The notes beneath the pieces were generated by a model. It saw only the letters and a program-made list of their open reading frames with translations. It ran no database searches and had not been told where the DNA came from. A program made the translations under genes and the position numbers. 64,000 nt of DNA, taken from assembly GCA_028534125.1 (NCBI GenBank), contig CM052832.1, positions 23,190,001 to 23,254,000 of the forward strand, written 5' to 3'. The stretch comes from Lama glama. Lineage: Eukaryota. This document shows positions 60,751-64,000 of this stretch, piece after piece (position 1 is the stretch's first letter; every line of letters begins with the position of its first letter).

Positions 60751-62079
60751 GAAGCCCAACCAGATTTGAAACCTGTTCTCTTAAATGTCAAGCCATACTG
60801 GCAACTAGGAGCAGAACTTCTGTCATTAGGAGGGTAGGGGGTCTAGAAGACCTAAGATCCCTTCCAATTCTAGGACTATGAGGCCACGACACTGTCATTA
60901 CGCCCCAAGAGTATGCCTCTCTTTTGCTGCTGTTTCGTCTGGCCACATTTTACCACTTTCCTTGAATAAGTAAGTGGTAAGCATTAGGCAATGGATGAGA
61001 TCATAGGTCCAGGAAGCCAGCTCTTCCTTGAGTCATCTCTAATCCATTTCTCATGCTGGTACAGTTTGCTCTCATTTCTCAGATGCTATCTGACCTGCAA
61101 CCGTTGTCAGTGGAAAAACATAGAATCAAAATGTGTGTTTTATACCAGTGGCTTACTGACAAAAACAAAAGTCATTGTAGTTTTATCATTAGAACTCTAC
61201 ACAAGTATAAGCAGCAAGCATATTCAAGTCATTCACAAATAAACAAAGACAAAGAGAAATTCACTGGCTCACTGTCAATCATCCAAGATAAAGTTAAGGG
61301 AAACCATAAGCCAATCGTGCAAGCCAGTGTATTTTAATACCAGAAACCAGTAGAGCAAGAGAGGGCTCTGAACTGGCAGAATTTACTTCTGTCTATTTAA
61401 TGCTACCAGAAGACATGGGAATCCAGAGAGCTTGACATGTTTAAGCTTCAGGAAAAGCTGGCAGGTCACAGGACCAGAAGAGGGGACAGAAAACTCCTCT
61501 ATAACGTGGCTGGAATAAGGTGCCTCATTATTTCCTGCAGCTCCACAGAGTTCTCAATAGAAGATACTTAAAATTATACTGATTAAACATATCAAGCCAG
61601 TAAGTAATTACATTATATTTGTATTGGGCATCAGCAGCTCTTAAATAAATAGTAGCTTGAGACAGTCTTCCATCGGAACCTTTTACATCCATCAGAAACG
61701 TGCTCATCTTTTCACTTTCCGGCTTGTATGGGTTTTTGTTTCTCCTGTAAGTCCTACTTCTAAATCTTCAGTTGAAACATCCAGCCATTATAGCTCGTCT
61801 TCAGAGAAATCCAACAGAGAGATTTCTCACTCTTAATCCTAACTGCTAGTCAGTGGGTGTTGTGGAATAGCAGCGAGTTGAAATCATCTATATAACCACC
61901 TTTCATTAGCCTTTTATAAGGCTAATGAGGAAGCAAGTCAAGTCTTTACAGGATTTCCTTCCTCAAAAACATTTTTGAAAAACAGGATAGCACAGAGTAC
62001 TGACAGGACTCGGGAGAGAAAGGAGTAATAATGTTAACTTCCTGGGGGCTTGTGACTGCGCTGGTTGCTGTACCGGGAT

Positions 62080-62265
62080 TCTCGTTTGATGCCTTCGACA
62101 ACACTCTAAGATAGGAATTAGCATCCACTACCCACCCTCCATCCCAGGTGAGAAACTGAGGTTCGTGGAAACCAAGGGCCTTGCCTAAAGCCATACACCA
62201 TTACATGGGAAAGCCTGAACGCAGGCCCGGGTCTTCCTAGCTCTGTATTTGCACTTTCGATCACC
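62080..62265 (-). mobile_element. MIR SINE
   Basis: 'caggtgagaaactgaggttcgtggaaaccaagggccttgcctaaagccatacac'. Confidence 0.65.
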
Positions 62266-62323
62266 ATGCGTATGACCCTGGAAGGGAAGGATGGAGGTGG
62301 GAATAGAAAAATGACATTCCTTT

Positions 62324-62465
62324 GTGCTGTACACCAGAGACCGACACAGCATTGTAAGCTGACTCTACCTCAATAAAAAAATTAATAAATAAATAAACAA
62401 ACAAATAAATAAATAAATGCAAGCACCTTTATCTGGCAAAAAAAAAGAAGAAGATGTAGAAGGAA
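62324..62465 (+). mobile_element. Ultra-short L1 3' end (~50 bp) plus composite tail, perfect 19-bp TSD
   Basis: 'gtgctgtacaccagagaccgacacagcattgtaagctgactctacctcaataaa' resembles the reverse complement of 12880-12925; TSD AGAAAAATGACATTCCTTT at 62305-62323 and 62466-62484. Confidence 0.88.
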
Positions 62466-64000
62466 AGAAAAATGACATTCCTTTCTCCTAATGCAGATAT
62501 CAGTTGGAACCCAGGAAAGAACCATGGCAGCTTCTTTGCTTCATCTGAAAGTTACCAGTCCATGTGCGTGCACACGTGTATGCATTACTGTACATACTCA
62601 GAAGCGTACACACACGTTCAAGCACATAGGCTGAAAATCTTCCCAAACTGTAAATGTCTCCTGGGCCATATATGAGCTTTTCTTAAAGGTCACCCAGCAG
62701 GCCCCAAGGAAAACACGGGCTTGGTCGAAAAAGCTTTATATTTCCTCTCACTTTTTTAAACATTGGAAAATCCATTTGGCTCAGAGAAATGAATAGTAAA
62801 AGGAGTTCTAACTACTTAGAGCCAACAAAACGTAATGGAAAAAAGGCAAGAATATGGCTGGACTTTATTTTCTTCTTCCTGAGCACATCCTGTCTTTAAT
62901 CTGAGTGGTAAATAGGCCATGCCCAACATACCAACTCTTTTCAGGTGAAATTATCTAGGTTATAAAAACAAGCAACAACTGTGTTTTCATTATTCCTTAA
63001 TTTGTGGCTGACAGAAATAGCTTCCAAAATAAATCAAGAGGCAAATACTGCTCACAAGGGAGAAACCCACAAATTTTCCCTCTTTTGATAATTAAATTGT
63101 TGTGAATTTTTTCTTCACTTATACTGGTATGATATTATCTGAAAGAGTGTGTTGCAAAAGCCAGAAAAGGAAAATTTGAATTTTCACATTTGCATTATTT
63201 AAATCCACTGGAGAGAGGGAGGCTTTTTCTATATTATTAGTTAGTAGACTAACACCCCCGAGATACTTAACTTTCAAGTACAAGAACACATAATTTTGCA
63301 GCACCTCTCTGTAACCCCACAATACCAACTTCTTTGGCTCCATGATACACCTAAAGATTTATGTCACGCTGGTGAAAGCCACACCCATTTTTGTCCTGTA
63401 CATTTAGTTTCCCTTGTTTCATACTACTTTTTTCTCTAAGTTAAATCTGAGCAAAGAGTCAAACAGAAATCATCTTCACAAACAACACAGTAAGCTTTCT
63501 TTAATAAGAAACTAGATATACTGATAGATTATTTGAAGCAACATCTGTCACATTCCTTTCTCTGGATGTCATTTAAATCAAGAATTAACTTCATGGAATA
63601 AATTAAGGCAGCATTCTTTTAAGCACTGGTTGTGGGGAAGTTAATAGGTATTGCCCTAAAAAAAGGTGGCACTGGTCAGATGGAAATCTTCATCAAAGTT
63701 AAACAAGTCGCTTTGCTTTCTTTGTAACCACAAGATTTCACAGAGTTTCTAAAGTGCAATAGAGGAGTAGAAAACATACCAGCTTCCAAGCTAATTTGAC
63801 TATGGGACACTTTATTCAAAGATCATCTCTGTTTCACAGACCTAGAGGTTCATGGAACCAACTTGTTTTGGGAAGCACCTACTTCAAGGCCAGGTCTGAG
63901 CCGGCTAACATCCAAAGGTCAAGTCAGACACTCCCCATCTAACCATTTCACTGTCCCCAAGCACACAGATCACACTGTTTTCTTAGGAAAAACAGGACAA

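Overview
This is mammalian nuclear DNA, most likely camelid (alpaca/camel): it carries a tRNA-Ala(AGC)-derived vic-1-type SINE and young artiodactyl-type L1 3' ends, and I saw no Alu, B1/B2, Bov-A/BovB, PRE-1 or Can-SINE. I found no intact protein-coding ORF; the only recognisable protein similarity in the ORF track is decayed L1 ORF2 (plus ORF1-like HAL1). Much of the window is interspersed repeat (L1, HAL1, L2, L3/CR1, MIR, MaLR/MLT LTRs, Tigger/Charlie/Tc2 DNA-transposon fossils), and there is a 500-N gap at 59643-60142. The L1 orientation bias and several good minus-strand splice signals suggest the window lies in long intron(s) of a minus-strand gene that I cannot name. The best second-look items are: a TATA/initiator/ATG/donor alternative first-exon candidate (2370-2460), a well-bounded 125-nt exon candidate (6693-6817), an orphan polyadenylated insert with a perfect 17-bp TSD (7511-7857), short non-A tags in the tails of young L1s, a CpG-dense 20-bp minisatellite inside a Tigger fossil (33051-33171), and a recursive-splice-site-like AG|GTAAG. 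I do not see evidence of a new multi-gene system. Repeat family names come from my recognition of consensus sequences, boundaries of old repeats are approximate, and all need a Dfam/RepeatMasker check.
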